Made by a program: the position numbers and the translations under genes | Shown here: piece by piece, positions 14,630-28,515 of the stretch | Position numbering within the stretch: the stretch's first letter is position 1 | Layout of the letters: every line of letters starts with the position of its first letter | Notes under the pieces: model-generated | The model's database searches: none | Told to the model about the DNA's origin: nothing | What the model saw: the letters and a program-made list of their open reading frames with translations, nothing else | Assembly (NCBI RefSeq): GCF_009914755.1 | Contig: NC_060925.1 | Length of the DNA: 64,000 nt | Strand: one strand, 5' to 3' | From: the human T2T-CHM13v2.0 reference genome, Homo sapiens

Positions 14630-15240
14630 ATTACACATTCATTCACTGGATAGTTAATTACTGAGTGTCCACTATGTGCAAGGGTGACCAATACAGCTAC
14701 TGCCTTATCATTGTCTCCTTCCTAAAATGTTCAAACACAATTGACTCTCACTCACTTGTCTTAGATGCTAGAGATTCAACAAGACCAAACCATCTGCCCT
14801 CCCGGAGCTTTAATTTTGGTGGAGAAGATGACAATAAGCAAGATTAAGTCAAATATACAAAATGTTGTATAGTAACTAATTGCTACTGCATATTGAAGGT
14901 ATTGAAAATTTAGATATGGTATTCAGGGAAGGCCTCACTGACAAGGTGACATTTAAGTAAAGGTCATTATAAGGTGAGGGAGAGGACCATGGGGATACTT
15001 GGGGGAAGAACATTCCAGGCAGAGGAAACTGCAGGTTCAAAGTCTTGGCAGCAAGAGCTTACCTGGCAAGCATGGCTCAAAGAAAGAAGTAAAAGGAGAC
15101 GAGGTCAGAGTATGGCCAGTTGACACTAGGTTTTATGCATCAAAATGAGGACCTTGACTTTCATAGTCAGTGAGACAGAGATACTGGGGGCTTTTGGAAA
15201 GAGGTGAGACAGGAGCTGACTCATGTTATCAGGAACATTT
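14630..15240 (-). mobile_element. L2 fragment(s)
   Basis: cattcattcac...gggaaggcctcactgacaaggtgacattt...gaacattccaggcagagg. Confidence 0.7.
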
Positions 15241-15559
15241 TTTTGTGAGCTCATGTGCCACCATCTCAGGGATGGTGTGCTGCCAGTCACCCCCTCTACC
15301 TTTTCTGGGTGATGTGGCCTATTTCCTGTGTCTCATATCTTTCTAAGATGGGGTATAGAGAATCTCTGAGCACAATAAAGAACTGGAGTTAGACTAGAAG
15401 GCAGTGCAGCAGATCAGAAGGCGGCATGGACTTTGTTCTAAGGCAGGACAAGGAATGGCTGCTTTCTCTTGCCTGGGCATGCCTAACATTCATTCCAATG
15501 CATTTATATCATAAATGCCTGGCTGAAGCCATCTCATGGCTTAACGTCATATTGAAAAT

Positions 15560-15832
15560 CTGGAGGCCATTATCTTCCATGAAGTAACTCAGGAAAAAAA
15601 ACTAAATACTGCATGTTCTCACTTATAACTGGGAGCTAAGCTACGGATATGCAAGGACACACAGAGTGGTACAATGGACTATGGAGACTCAGAAGGTACC
15701 TATTAGGTACAATGTACATGACTTGGATCATGGGTACACTAAAAGCCCAGACTTCAACATTGTACAATTTATTCATCTGTATAACCAAAAACCACTTGTA
15801 CTCCTAAAGCTATTGAAATAATAAATAAAATA
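15560..15832 (+). mobile_element. L1PB/L1MA 3' end
   Basis: ctggaggccattatc...catgttctcacttata...gggagctaagcta...aaaagcccagacttca...aataaa. Confidence 0.85.
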
Positions 15833-17390
15833 CAGACTTCTTGCCATGGCCATCAGGACATTCCATGAGCAGCCTAATTCCCCAAAGTTACCCCCATCCC
15901 TTCACCACTAAACTTTGACTACATTGGTCTTTCAGTTTCTCAAATGTGCCAAACTCACTCCCACCTTAAGCCTCAGCCATTTATCTGGCTGGAACACTTC
16001 CCCGCTGATCCTTGTATGGCTGCCAAAATGTATGCAGTCACTCTGTGACCACTGCCTCCTCCAAACATAATTAACCCACTTAAGTTCCACTTGCCTTAAA
16101 AATAATGTACTCGTCTGGACACCATTTTTTGCTCTGACATTTTCCATTTCTCCCTTTCACAGATGAATTTCGCAAAGAGTGTCTACCCTCTGCTTCCATT
16201 TCTTCACCTTCCCTTCCGCTCTCATCATTGTCTCATCGGTTTTATGCCCTCAAAGCTCCCTTGAAATTACTCTCACCAATGGCTTCCATGTTGCTAATTA
16301 TAAAGTTTAACTTTAGGCCCCATCTTACTTGATCTATTGACAATATTTAGTACAATTGACAATACCTTCCTCTGTAAAATATTCCTTTCTCTTGGCTTCC
16401 TTGACACACTGTTTGTCTCCTTCTTCCATGGTGGACTTTTTTTGCCTATGCTATCAGGCCTTGAAATGTTGGAGTCAGGCAACGTCTGTCCCAGACCTCC
16501 TTCCTTGTTCATTCTAATTCACTCCTTGTAATCTTGTCCATCCTGATGACTTGGATCACCATCTATCTGCAAACTAATGACTTTATCACTCCTACTCAGA
16601 CTTTCTCCCAAGCAGGATGTCATCGCAGGGATGCTGCATGTGTATATGTCACACTCGATGTACATATGTACACGACTCAGATCATGGGTACACTAAAAGC
16701 CCAGACTTCAGAAGCTGACTCATGACCTTTTTCCCGTTCTTGCTCTCATCACTCTGAATCCCAAACCTCATTTACTATAGTATGCCTCTCAGGAAATGGC
16801 ATACAGCTATTGTTCAAATAAGAGCCCTGGGGTTCATCTGTGACTCTCTCACTTCCTGATTCCTCAAATCCACCCAATCTTATTCAAACAGGCTCTAAGT
16901 TTGCGTTCCTCTCTCTAATGCAGACTGCTCCCATCTGTGCTTGTCATCTCTCACTATAGCAATCACCTCCTATCACATCATCCTTGTTTCCACTCTTTAC
17001 CTCTTCCCAGCCATTCTCACTTCTCACATTGCAACCAGAGGGTACTTTACAAAATGCACATGGGACAATGTCACTCACCAGCTTAAAATCCTTCAATGGC
17101 GTCCCATGATTAGGCTGACACCTCAAACATAAACAGGGCTTGATGTCTGTCTCACAATGCTATTTCTCAAATTTTACTCTCCAGCTCAATTCAACATGTT
17201 TCAGTTCCTCAAATGCTTCAACTCTTTCTTACTTCTATGTCTAATTCACTAATTGTAAAATGACCATATTCTATCCCCATTAGATTTTAAGATCCATGAG
17301 GTCATGAATCTTTACCTGTTTTGTTCACCAGTGTGTGTCTAGCAAGTAGCACAGTGCCTGACATATATTTACAAAATATATGATTCATTT
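15833..17390 (+). mobile_element. L2 fragments
   Basis: Successive L2 motifs ending attagattttaagatccatgagg...agcacagtgcctgacata. Confidence 0.65.
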
Positions 17391-17549
17391 ATTCAAAAAA
17401 ATGTTTTTTGACTGCCTACTCTGTCGCAAGCTCTATTCCCGGTGCTGGTGATACAGAAACAATAATAATTGCTTTAAGGGACAAAACTCTCTGCCCTAAG
17501 GAGTTATATTCTAGTGAAGAGAGACAGAATATACAAAACAAATAAGAAA

Positions 17550-17680
17550 ATATGTATATATTTATACATATATTACATATATATATACATATTTGTGTAT
17601 GTGTATATACATAGTATATAGTATATTTGTATATATAGTATATTTAATATAATTTAACATAGCATATTTAATATAGTATA
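17550..17680. repeat. TA-rich low-complexity tract
   Basis: Seen directly. Confidence 0.8.
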
Positions 17681-17916
17681 CTTGAAGGTAATAAATGCTA
17701 TAGAAAAACATCAAATGAGAAAAAGGAAGTATATGATAAGAGGTTTTGGGTTGTCAGGGAAGAACAAAGATAACATTTGATAAAGCATCCAAAGATGGAG
17801 AAGGAGGAGAAGGAGGAGGAACAGGAGGGAGAGAGAGAGAGGAGACATTAGGTGAATGTCTGGGGGAACAGTGCTCCAGCACATGGAGCAGCAAGTTCAA
17901 GGTCCTAGAAGGGTAT

Positions 17917-18268
17917 TGTATTAGTCCATTTTCATGCTGCTGATAAAGACATACCCGAGACTGAGAAGAAAAAGAGGTTTAATCCGACTTACAGTTCCAC
18001 CTGGCTAGGGAGGCCTCAGAATCATGGCAAGCGGTGAAAGGCACTTTTACATGGCAGCAGCAGGAGAAAATGAGGAAGATGCAAAAGCGGAAACCCCTGA
18101 TAAAACCGTCAGCTCTTGTGAGACTTATTCATTACCACAAGAACAGTATGGGGTAAATCTCCTCCATGATTCAAATTCTCTCCCATCAGATCCCTCCCAC
18201 AACACATAGGAATTATGGGAGTCCAATTCAAGATGAGATTTGGATGGGGACACAACTGAATGATACCA
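17917..18268 (-). mobile_element. THE1 (MaLR) solo LTR
   Basis: tgtattagtccattttcatgctgctgataaagacatacccgagactg...; TG..CA ends; perfect 5-bp TSD GGTAT (17912-17916, 18269-18273). Confidence 0.93.
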
Positions 18269-21200
18269 GGTATATACCTTGATGCCTTGTGAGTTGATGG
18301 ACCAGAAAGGAGGCCAATACGGCTGGGGTAAATGATCCAGTGGGAGGTTATTGCAGAGAGAGAAGAGACACAAGGGCTTCATCATGCAGGGCCTTGTAGG
18401 CCTGTGGAACTTTCACAATGAGGGCAATAGGAGGTCACTGGAGGGTTTTCAGCAGAAGAGTGACACAGTGGCACATAGATTTTAGCACTCTCACTCAGAT
18501 GGCTCTGTTGAGAATAGGCTGAGGAGGAGAAAAGACAGGAGGCAAAATGCCAGATAGGAGGCTATTGCCATAATCTGGTTGAAAGATAATAGCAATTCCA
18601 ACCAGAGTGGTAGCAGAGATGTTGAATGAGGTACATATTTTGAAGGTAGAGTGGACAAGACCTACTGATGGACTAGATGTTCCATATAAAAGAGAGGAAT
18701 CTAGAATTATTCCAATGGGTTTGGCCTGAGCAAACGGAAAGATGGAGTTACTATTAACTGAAATGAAAAGACTGTGGAAGGAGCAGGTTACAATATATTA
18801 ATTTTAAGCAGGCTATTAGTCATCCAAGACACTTCATGCTGATCAGAATTGCATATTTTTAAATTAAAATATCACTTGTCCAAATGGCTGAAATCTTTTA
18901 GGATTAGCCCCATTCCTTTCAAGCCCAAGACTCTGGTCTTATCCCAAATTTCATAGATGTCATAAAACTGGTGTAAGGGGATATTACATTAGTTTGGTGC
19001 CATCTGTGGCACCAGATCTCCAGAACTGCTGCTGTCTAGATATTTATTCTGAGCATCTTTTAAAAAATCTAATAAGCAAAACATTCCTGGTTGTGCAGAA
19101 GGCTTGGAGCTACTCTTCACTCTAAAGCTTCCCAAACTCAGAGGTATTAGATAAGGTTTTCTTGGCCAAACCATGTGCCAGGTCCTCTGATGAACCATCT
19201 GCTAGGAATCTGTCCTTCTGTAACACTGAGCCAAGAGCTCCAGATGGGGCTATGTAAGGACTCTAGTCTGGATAGAGAAGGCAAAGGGATAACGATGGGC
19301 ATGTTTTCAAATCATTGTGCCTGGGAGCCACCAAGGACATCACCAGATAATGTCCCTTCAGGCCTTCTTAGACTGGTGAAATCACTGTTGACCCAAGGAT
19401 GGAATACCTAAGCCCAACAAGTCCCTAAGACAACTTCTGTGTGTAAATTGGGAACAGATGTTACCATATGAATAAAATGAAAAAAAAAATTACAAAACCT
19501 CAACCTGCTGAAAGACAAAAGTTTTAACTTTAATCTACAAAGTTAAATAGGTGAGTGCATTTTCTTTTCTTAAAATAACTTGCTTGCTAAGGGAAAAGGT
19601 GTGCAAATTTCTCAGACTCAAAAGTGCATCCAAGGAAAACAGCCAAGCTCTACAGACCGCCCATCATCCACCTGCAAGTTCTTATGACAGACCCTGGGGT
19701 GGTTAAAACTGTAATGTCTCAATTTGGAATGAGTTGTCCCCTTTTGAAGGACCCATGGGGTAAGGGTTCCAGTTGAATTCCTAGGGCAGTCTTGTACAAT
19801 GCCTCACTTGCTGTTCTCATACTGTTCCATGATAGGGACAAGGAGCATCTATCAAAAACCAGCTTGGTTTCTTGGTCTGTGAACCAGCTCAGAAGACCAA
19901 TCACCAAGATTTTCAAACCCTGCAGAAAAGAAAAAAAAAAAAAAAAAAAAAGCAGCATTAGTGAAGTGGGAATAGAGCTCCTGAAGGGAGTACTCTGAAG
20001 ACAATAACATGCATTTGAATATAAAATGCCGTAGGTTTACAGTTTAAAAATTATTTCATCTGGAGTAGATAAATAAGTAATGCACTAGGTAAATAAGAAT
20101 AAATGAAGTAATTTTATTAAAACTTACTAAATAGCATATACTTTCTTATCAATCTAAACCTTGAAAAGCAATAGAAATAGGTCAAGTAAGTTCTGTTCCC
20201 CAACAATATCTAAGGCAGAGTTTCAAGTGGGGGTGCATCTACAGGGATGTGTCAGAATCTCAGAGAGGGAAGTTACTTGTAGAAACTACATTGCCCTCCC
20301 TTCACCTGGAAATTCTAGGCTGCTGTGGGTACAAGGCCTGTATTTCCATCCCCACACAGATACAGAGGGAATGAATGGTCAGTTCATTCATCATAAGATA
20401 AATTATGATTGTAGATGGCAGTTACTCTTTCCTGAGACTTACTCTGGAATTGTGCCTGCAGCACTGACATGGTAATGATGTGTTTGGAAGACCAACCAGA
20501 AATGTAGCAGAGCACGAGTTCACATCAGAGGCTGGGGTCATTTCTGGGCCCTTGCTTGTTGTGATCTGGGGCAAGTAAAGAGAACTTTATGTTCTCTTAT
20601 GTAAAGAGAACTCACTTCAACTGGTACCTTACACATAATAAGTGCTATATAGTGTTTGCCATTGTAATATTACCAGCATTACTGACATAGACATTATTGA
20701 CATTGACATAGAGTGGGATCTATGCCCACCCACTCTGCCAAAGAATTGGATTAAAAAACACAAGGAAACAAGTTTCTCATAGTGTCCACGAGCCTGTGAT
20801 GATTGCCACCATGAGGATGCCCAGGAAAGCAGAGCACGATGGGTTATCACAGAGCTCAGGTTGAGCACATTTTTAGGCTCCAGTGTGTCGGAGAGAATGA
20901 ATGGGGAGGGCTTTCTGGCTAGAGGACAAGAGAGTATTCAGATACCTTTTTCTATTTTATAGAAATTAAAATATGACTGTATCTTTCTCTCTTCCACCAT
21001 ACTCCCCACCTCTGAAAAAATAAAGTAACTCAAAAGATTTTGGCATCAACATGTGAAGTCAAAGAAAAACGTGATTCCCCAATATCAATCCCCCAAATGA
21101 CTATGCCCCTTCACTTAAAACTCACAGTCCTTGGCGTGACTATTATCAGTTTGTTATTTTTTTTCTAATCTGCTGATGCTCAAGACAAACACATTTAAAA

Positions 21201-22459
21201 ATCATTGTAATTTTACTAGGTTGAGTCACATGAAATTGCCCATTTGTGGGTAAAGTAAGATAAAATATCAGCAATTTTCATACGTGTCAATTTATAATAT
21301 GCCCTGGACCTTGCTATTCTGTGCAATACAATTTATTGTTTTTTTATGTTTTATACTCCAGGACAGATTTATTAAAAGGCATGATTTAAAAGATGTATAT
21401 GAAATAAAGGCATTTCAGGGCTGACCTTCAGTTACATAAACATTGAGTTTGCATAAAAACTTTGAATGATTTTGTCTTACTAATATACAAAGCTGCTAAA
21501 GTTGAAAGAGCTTATTTCAAACCTTTCTTCTGATGAACTAACAGAGGTCCTGAGGGGTGAATTTATTTACCCAGGGTCAATTAGAACATATCAGAGCCAA
21601 GAACAACTCTCTGGTCCCTGAGATCCTATTCAGTTTCTCTTGTGGAAAAACCAAGTATCTATTGTCTGGAATTTTTTCAGGGTGGCCCAGGATACTTTTA
21701 TAAAGAAGCCACAGGCATGGTGTGGAAAACCCAGGGTCTGAGCAGATCTTTCCTGCCCCGAATGCAGTGACCCACTTTGCTTAGGTTCTTAAACACACCC
21801 CGGATTCTGAGCATAATAAAGTCATGATCATAGTCATCTGTAACTAAGAATCCAAGAATTCTCAGACCACTCAGGTGAACGACACTGCCATTGCAATGTC
21901 TAGATAAGAAATATTGAAAAAGAGGGCATAAAGGCATCTACCATATTTCCATGCAAGGTATTCAATGTTCCCCCTGCCTTACAGATGAAGAAACAAGTTC
22001 AGGGACGCTGGCAACTGCCAGCACTCAAGTCTGTCTACATTATCATAGAAAGATGGGTCCACCCTCCTGCCAGCTTCCAAGTATCACATGACTGTATTCA
22101 ACCGGGAGAACTTAATCAGAGAAACTTGGTCTCAAGGAGTCTTGAACACATTGAACACAATATTTAATTTTCTAGCTCCAGGAACCCAAAGAGGGTAGAA
22201 TAGAGGTAGTGAGAAAGCCAATTCTAGTAGGAAGCCCTAGAGAGAAAGACATTGTACCTATTGGTTTTGGGCTTGTTTACCTGAACCAATGACTGTAGTG
22301 CAAAGAACAGGCTTATCCTGATTGGCTGAAGCTGATCAAAGCTTATTCCTTGAGCAGAGGGTGTGCTCCTCGACTGAAGTATATGGGTTGGGAGTGGTAG
22401 AGGAGAATACCCTAACAAAAGCTGGATACTGTTAGGAAGGGAAAGGGAGCAAATGTACA

Positions 22460-22745
22460 ATAGTCCCTGTTTGGATGCACCATACTTTATTCAAGTTCAC
22501 TACTGTTGGACATTTATGTTCTTTCGGACTTTCACGCTGATACCTTGCCCCGTGACAAACACTCTTGTGGCTTTGTCTTTGTGTACATCTAGGATAAATT
22601 TCAATGCTAAATTTCAGGGTCAAAGTATATGAATGTTTGACTGGTCTTGATAAATTTTCTTCCAGCAAGTTTGTTTCCCATAGCTAATACCCTCATATAC
22701 ATAATACTGGGAGTTGTGTGTGCTAATTTGATAGGCAAAACTTTG
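22460..22745 (-). mobile_element. Old L1M fragment
   Basis: ggatgcaccatactttatt...ctgttggacattta...gggtcaaagtatatg...gctaatttgatagg. Confidence 0.6.
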
Positions 22746-23185
22746 TCCTTCTCAGATAACATTCCATAGTGGTGTGCTGGTGCTGGTGTGTGTGAGGCCA
22801 CAGAAAAATATGGCACATCTTCATGGAACTGCAATTTTTTTGTTTTCACAGAAAACTATTATGTTTACATTTTATGATATCATGACACAGAATACAAAAT
22901 CCATAAAAATTTTATTGATGACACATGAGAAACTTAGAAGATTTCCTGTTTAAAATGGGATGCACCTGTCTTCTCTTCCTTCCCACAAATCCCAGAAGTA
23001 CAAGTTCACTTTTTGCTGCAGTAGGTAAACCTTGGTAGAAATTTTGAGAACTAATTGCTCTTTACTGGGATTCACCTAATATAATAATTCATCAAATAAA
23101 GATGTGAAGATGCAAGACAACAATGATGGACCTGGTTGTAAGAATCTTATTCAGTGGCATAAAGCTGAAAAAAAGCAAATGGATA

Positions 23186-23234
23186 GAAGATACTAAAATC
23201 TGGCATGGAAGATACTGAAACCTGGCATGGAAGA
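23186..23234. repeat. 22-bp tandem duplication
   Basis: gaagatactaaaatctggcatg / gaagatactgaaacctggcatg. Confidence 0.85.
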
Positions 23235-24019
23235 GAGTAATCAAGTAGTTTCATCAAAGACAAATAAACTACCCCAGAGGTTTAATGATAGGGCAGTGGC
23301 CTACAATTGCCAGTGACAGAATCCAGAGATCCTTCTTTCAGCCACAGGAAATCCCAGCCTGCTACTGCCAGCAAATGGGCAAGGAGACAGGCCTGGCTGC
23401 TACATGCCCCACTGTTAGAGGGAAATCCCTGTTAGTTCCCAGCACAAGTCATTCCACATAGACTTTTTGTGATTATTGAATGTCATTTCTCTGATTAAAA
23501 TGACTTATTTTGCTCCGTCAAATCATTTGGTATTTGGAATACTGTGACATTCAACAAAACCTCTAATGTTGAATGAGGATGCGGCAATATCCAATTAAAT
23601 TCATTTGAGTCACTGTGAAGCCATCATCAAGGTTTTTGTGCTTCTCAATTAATTTTCCTAATGACAATAAAATTATGACTTTTTTTCTTGGTAATCTCAA
23701 ATGTAAAAATCCCAAAACAGACCTGTAAGTTTTGATACATAGGTCACTGCAGCTAAATTAAAAATCTATGCCTTCATGATTCTTAAAAAAGACAAAAATA
23801 CAAAAGAGACATTGAAAGATTAGAGCTGAATGATTTCCACCTGAATGAACATTTATTATCTTGCTCACTTTAATGTGCACCAGATAAAGAACTAGACTGT
23901 GTCCTCCTGAGTGAAGAGTGCCCTTTCAGGCATATTTGTGGCAGGAATGAGATCCCTAATAACATGGTTGTTGCATCTGGAGAAAGAACACAGGTTTACT
24001 CTCACATAAATCTGGATGC

Positions 24020-24498
24020 AACAGCCTGGTGGACATTCTCCGTTTGCCCCTACATGCGCTCTGTACCATCCCATCCCCGTGCTGCAGGCCCAAGGAGGCT
24101 GATCTTCACGGACTGTGCCAACCACAGTCCCTTGCCTTCTGACTTATGATTGAGTTTGGGCACTGGGAAGCCTTGGCAGGGATGGGAGGATGGGAGACCC
24201 TGAAGTCAAGGTATTTATTCCAGGGATCTCTCTCTTTGGGGCTGTGGGTTAGCCATGCATCATCTCAGGTCCTCTCTTACAGATTCCTCCAGCTTTCCAG
24301 GTTTCTGAAATTGCTCGGTCCCCTTGTTTATTTGGACTAGGTCCTTGTTCTTCATTGTTCCTAGCTCAGGAGGCCTTACCAAGCCTCACTGGTTTCACTT
24401 AACCCTTAACCCTGCTCTAGGCTCTGTAAACAATCTCTTCATTAAATTCTCCATTATGGATGTGCCATGTGTCTCTCATTGGGACCGTGATTAACGCA
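24020..24498 (+). mobile_element. ERVL LTR (LTR33-like)
   Basis: gtcccttgccttctgactt...gagtttgggcactgggaagcc...ggtatttattcc...cttcattaaattctcc. Confidence 0.6.
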
Positions 24499-25585
24499 GC
24501 TCATGTAGAGTCTATCAAACAGTATGTGATATAATACCATAAAATACACAGGAAAAGCGCTCAGTTCTGAAGAAGAGGATTTCACGTATCCAAGCTCAGA
24601 AGTAGCAATGCCAATAACAAAGGTTAGTTAGGAAACTAGAGCCACTGTGACTTTGGATAAGATATTTATTATAGAATTATACCTATCTAGTTGTGGCAAA
24701 TACTAGCGAAGTAATATGCAGAGGGGAGAGTTGGAGGAAAGGAGACAGAGTCACCATCCAGTCCTTCTAAAGCACTGGTGCAGGGTGGACAAGCATAGGC
24801 TTGCAGGGAAATCTAAGAGAGTTTACTGAGACAGCAAAGGGAATGTCCTTAATAGGGCTGGGGAAACTATGGCCTCTGATTAGTTCCACCTCTGGGGAAC
24901 CGCCAAACTTCTGATTTTGAAACTGGTTTTGAAGCCAGGTCTAGTAGTCATAAAGAAGAACTAGACAAGGAATGCAGGAGAGAAGTGGCAAGTTTGAATC
25001 TCTTGGGCACTTCTGAATCTGTCTATTCTCCACATATTTGACTGCAAGACCTTCCAAGATTATGACTAGTGATTTACTTCCACTTTCTAAACCTTGTACA
25101 AATTCCCCCCAACTCCAATTGTGTTCAGGAGACATAAAGGGAATGGGATTCTGAGAAATGTAGTTCCACTTTAACCAAGTGATATGGCACACTTCAGCAA
25201 AATTCCAGAGGAAAAAGACTGGTCATTTATTCATTCATTCATTTAAATAAGAAGTATATTGTGCCAGTAACACTCGAGGCACTCAGCTTGCAGAGCTTCA
25301 AACAGACTTAATGGAATGTAAAACATAGCAGAACAGACATTATAAACACGTTTCAAATACTGAAGTCTATAATTATAAACATGATAGTGCTGTGAAGGAA
25401 AATTAACATGGGCCCATGAGAGAAAATGACAGAGTAGGAAGAAGTTAGACTGAGTGGTAGAGAATACTTCACTGAGAGATGACATGTAAGCTGAGACATC
25501 ACAAATGAAGAGTGCAAGAAAATATTCTAGAAAAAAAAAAAAAAGCAAGTAGCCCCATCTCAAAATGCCCTGAAAGGGGTTGAGT

Positions 25586-25711
25586 ACACTTGCGACAACC
25601 TCTTCCTTACTTGCCATTTTATCTTAAACCCACTTCAAGCAGATTTTTACACTTGGGACAACCTCTTCCTTACTTGCCATTTTATCTGAAACCCACTTCA
25701 AGCAGATTTTT
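25586..25711. repeat. 63-bp tandem duplication (2 copies, 2 mismatches)
   Basis: Units 25586-25648 and 25649-25711. Confidence 0.93.
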
Positions 25712-27250
25712 GTTTCTACTTCTTCACTAAAATTCAAAATGTCAGGCTGTGCTCAACTCCCTAAATGCCAAGTGCAGTGGTTAATTCACAGCCCTCATCT
25801 CACTTGACCTCCACCAGATGAACACCCTGCCTTGTTGAAATACTGTCTTCACCTGGATCCCAGCGCATCCTCGTTTGTTTCTACCTAATAGAAGGTGATA
25901 TGCTCCCTGAGAGCAAGGTCTTTGGCTTGTTCACTGCTGTATCTCTAGTGCCAAGAACAATGCCTGGCGCAAAATAGGCAGTACATAATTGTTGAATGAA
26001 TTAAAGGAGTCCAGGAAGAAGCAGCTAGTAAGACAGAAAAAGGAACAAGAATAAATGATGTTTTGAGAACTAAGTGAAACAATGATCTCAAGAAGGAAGA
26101 GGGTGATCAGCGATTTAAATGTTGCAGAGAGTTGACTTCTGGATTTGGCAATGTGGAAGTTTTTGGTGAAGGTTTTGTGAAGTGTTAAGGTCAAAATTCA
26201 GATCAGAGTGGGTTCAAAAGAGAATAGAAGAAGAGGAATTAACAGTAGCAACTTTGGTCAGCTGTTTTGAGGAGTGTTGCTTTCTAGGAGATCAGAAAAT
26301 GAACAGTAGCTGAAGGTAAATACAAGAGGAAAGGAGCTTTCCCTTTTTGTGTATTTATTTTTTAAGAAGGATATCTGTATCCTGATGGAAGGGTCTGATA
26401 GATAAATGAAGTTTGAATTTGCATAATTGAGAGGGGATAATTGCTGAAGCGATGTATTTGAGCACAGGAAAAGAAATAAGATTCTGTGGGTAGGTGAACT
26501 GGTGGGCTTTGGAGAAGAGCACAGGCCCAGTTCACACAGCAAGAGGAGATAAGGATATTGGTGCAAGTAGACTAGTAGGTGTGGTGGGGAATGTTTGTAG
26601 ATAGTCTCCTATGATTTAGCCCCATTGCTGGAGTATTCTTTTCTACCCAAACTCTAAACACTGGAGAGCCCCAAGGCTCAGGTATTAGCTTGCTGCCTCT
26701 CCTATACTCATTTGCTGAGATGATATCATTTAGTCTCATGGCTTCAAATATACTACTCATTTCCAGATGTTTTTCTCATGCTCCAACTTCTCCCCAAACT
26801 CCAGACTCAGACCCAACTGCTTACCTGATATCAGTTTAATATCTAATGAGCACCTTAAGCTTAATGTGTCTAGAACTGAATAACTGATTTCTTACCTTCC
26901 TTCCCAAATCAGCTGCTCATCCTTAACCGTGTATGTATAACACCGTGCACAGAGTTGCTTAAGCCAAAAATGTTGACACCTCACATAATGATTTTTCCTC
27001 CCATTGTCACTTTACATTCAAGCCATAAGCTAGGCCAGCAGTAACTTCAAAATACATCTGAAATCCCAATATTTCTTACACATCCCTTGATATCATGCTA
27101 ATGTGAGCCACCAACATTTTTCGCCTGTGTTACCTAATAGTACTTTCATGGTCTCTCTGCTTCCACTCCTGTCTCTCTGTAGTAAAACTTCCACCAAGAA
27201 TCCACAGTGTTTCTTTAATAAGGCGTATCTGATCATTTCTCTTTTCTGCT

Positions 27251-27639
27251 TGTTTTAGTCAATTTTGTGTTGCTAGAACAAAATACCCGAACCTGGGTAA
27301 TAGATAAAGAAAAGATATTTATTTGGCTCATGATTCTGGTGGGTGGAAAGCCCAAGATTAGGCAGAGATCACATGGTGAGAAAGAAAGCAAGAGAATGAA
27401 ATCAAGGAAGCCAGACTCTTTTTAATAACCTGCTCTCATGGTAACTAATCCATTTTCGAGAGAGCAAGAACTCACTCACCACCAAGGAAGGGCATTATTC
27501 TGTTCATGAGGGATCCATGAGGGATCCACTCCCATGATGAAAACATCTCCCACTAGGTTCCACCTTCTAATGCAGCCACACTGGCAATTAAACTTCAGCA
27601 TGAGTCATGGCTGCAACAAACCACATCCAAACCATACCA
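27251..27639 (-). mobile_element. MST (MaLR) solo LTR
   Basis: tgttttagtc...tttatttggctcatgattctgg...ccaaaccatacca; perfect TSD CTGCT (27246-27250, 27640-27644). Confidence 0.9.
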
Positions 27640-28304
27640 CTGCTTCAGACTCGCCACTGGTTTTTCAAAACATAAAATCTTAAGTCCTTTCCATTACCTA
27701 CAAGGTAATGGAAAGATGACCTACAAGGTCATCCTGGACCAAGATGATCTGGTTGAAGATTAGCTCTCTAACTCATCTTACGCCAAGAGAGGCTTTCCTT
27801 GACTAGCATATCTAAAGCAGCACTTTGCTCATATACTCTCCTTCCTTTGCTTTGATTTTTTCATTGTATTTATCACTTCCTTATATTATGTAATGTATAT
27901 TCATTTACTGTCTATCTCCCTGTTCTTTCCAATATAAAGTAGGCTCTATAAAAGCAGAGAATTGTCTGTTTTGTTAACCATGTATTTGCAGCACCTGTGC
28001 CATGGGTTAAGTACTCCACAAATTCATTAAATAAATGGGAGGTGTTGGAGAGTTCTAAAAAATGAAATGAAATTATATAATCAAAAGATTAGAGGGGGGT
28101 GGGAAGGGAAGCAGGGATGCCAGTTAGGGGCTCTTGCAATCATCCAGGTGACATGAGATTGACTGGGACTAAGGTGAAAGAAGTGGAGATATTAAGAAGA
28201 GAATGATGCAAGATTTATGCCCTTCAAAGTTGTCCACCTACTTTTGTTTGAGCCTCAGTTCTCTGTCCCATTTACAAATTTGATTCCATGAAGATGTATC
28301 ATGG

Positions 28305-28515
28305 CCAAATATTTATTGAATGTCTTCATGCAGAATAATAGGACGTTAGAACTGGAAGTGGGCTTGATGTCTTCATTCTACAGATGAGAAAACCGAGCCT
28401 TAGAGAGGTTGGGGGTTCCACCCAGAGCCTCTTGACTCATTAGTGGAAGAATCAAGAACTAGAACCTGGTTTGCCTTATTTTCATTCCTGTGCTCTTTCC
28501 ACTTCCCCAGCAGTT
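28305..28515 (-). mobile_element. MIR
   Basis: cattctacagatgagaaaaccgagccttagagagg core. Confidence 0.7.

Larger units (their letters stand above)
17385..18830 (-). mobile_element. L2 interrupted by a TA-rich tract and a THE1 LTR
   Basis: attcatttattcaa...gagttatattctagtg...; continues after the LTR (gaagagtgaca, ttttgaaggtagag). Confidence 0.7.
25225..28200. mobile_element. Cluster of L2 fragments in both orientations
   Basis: Multiple L2 motifs (cattcattcatt, gctccctgagagcaagg, ggatttggcaatgtggaag, cttaatgtgtctagaactgaa). Confidence 0.65.

Noticed and set aside
24620-25190. Possible ancient LTR fragment
   Set aside because: Only isolated motifs (ggattctgagaaatgtagttc); family and boundaries could not be supported by eye.
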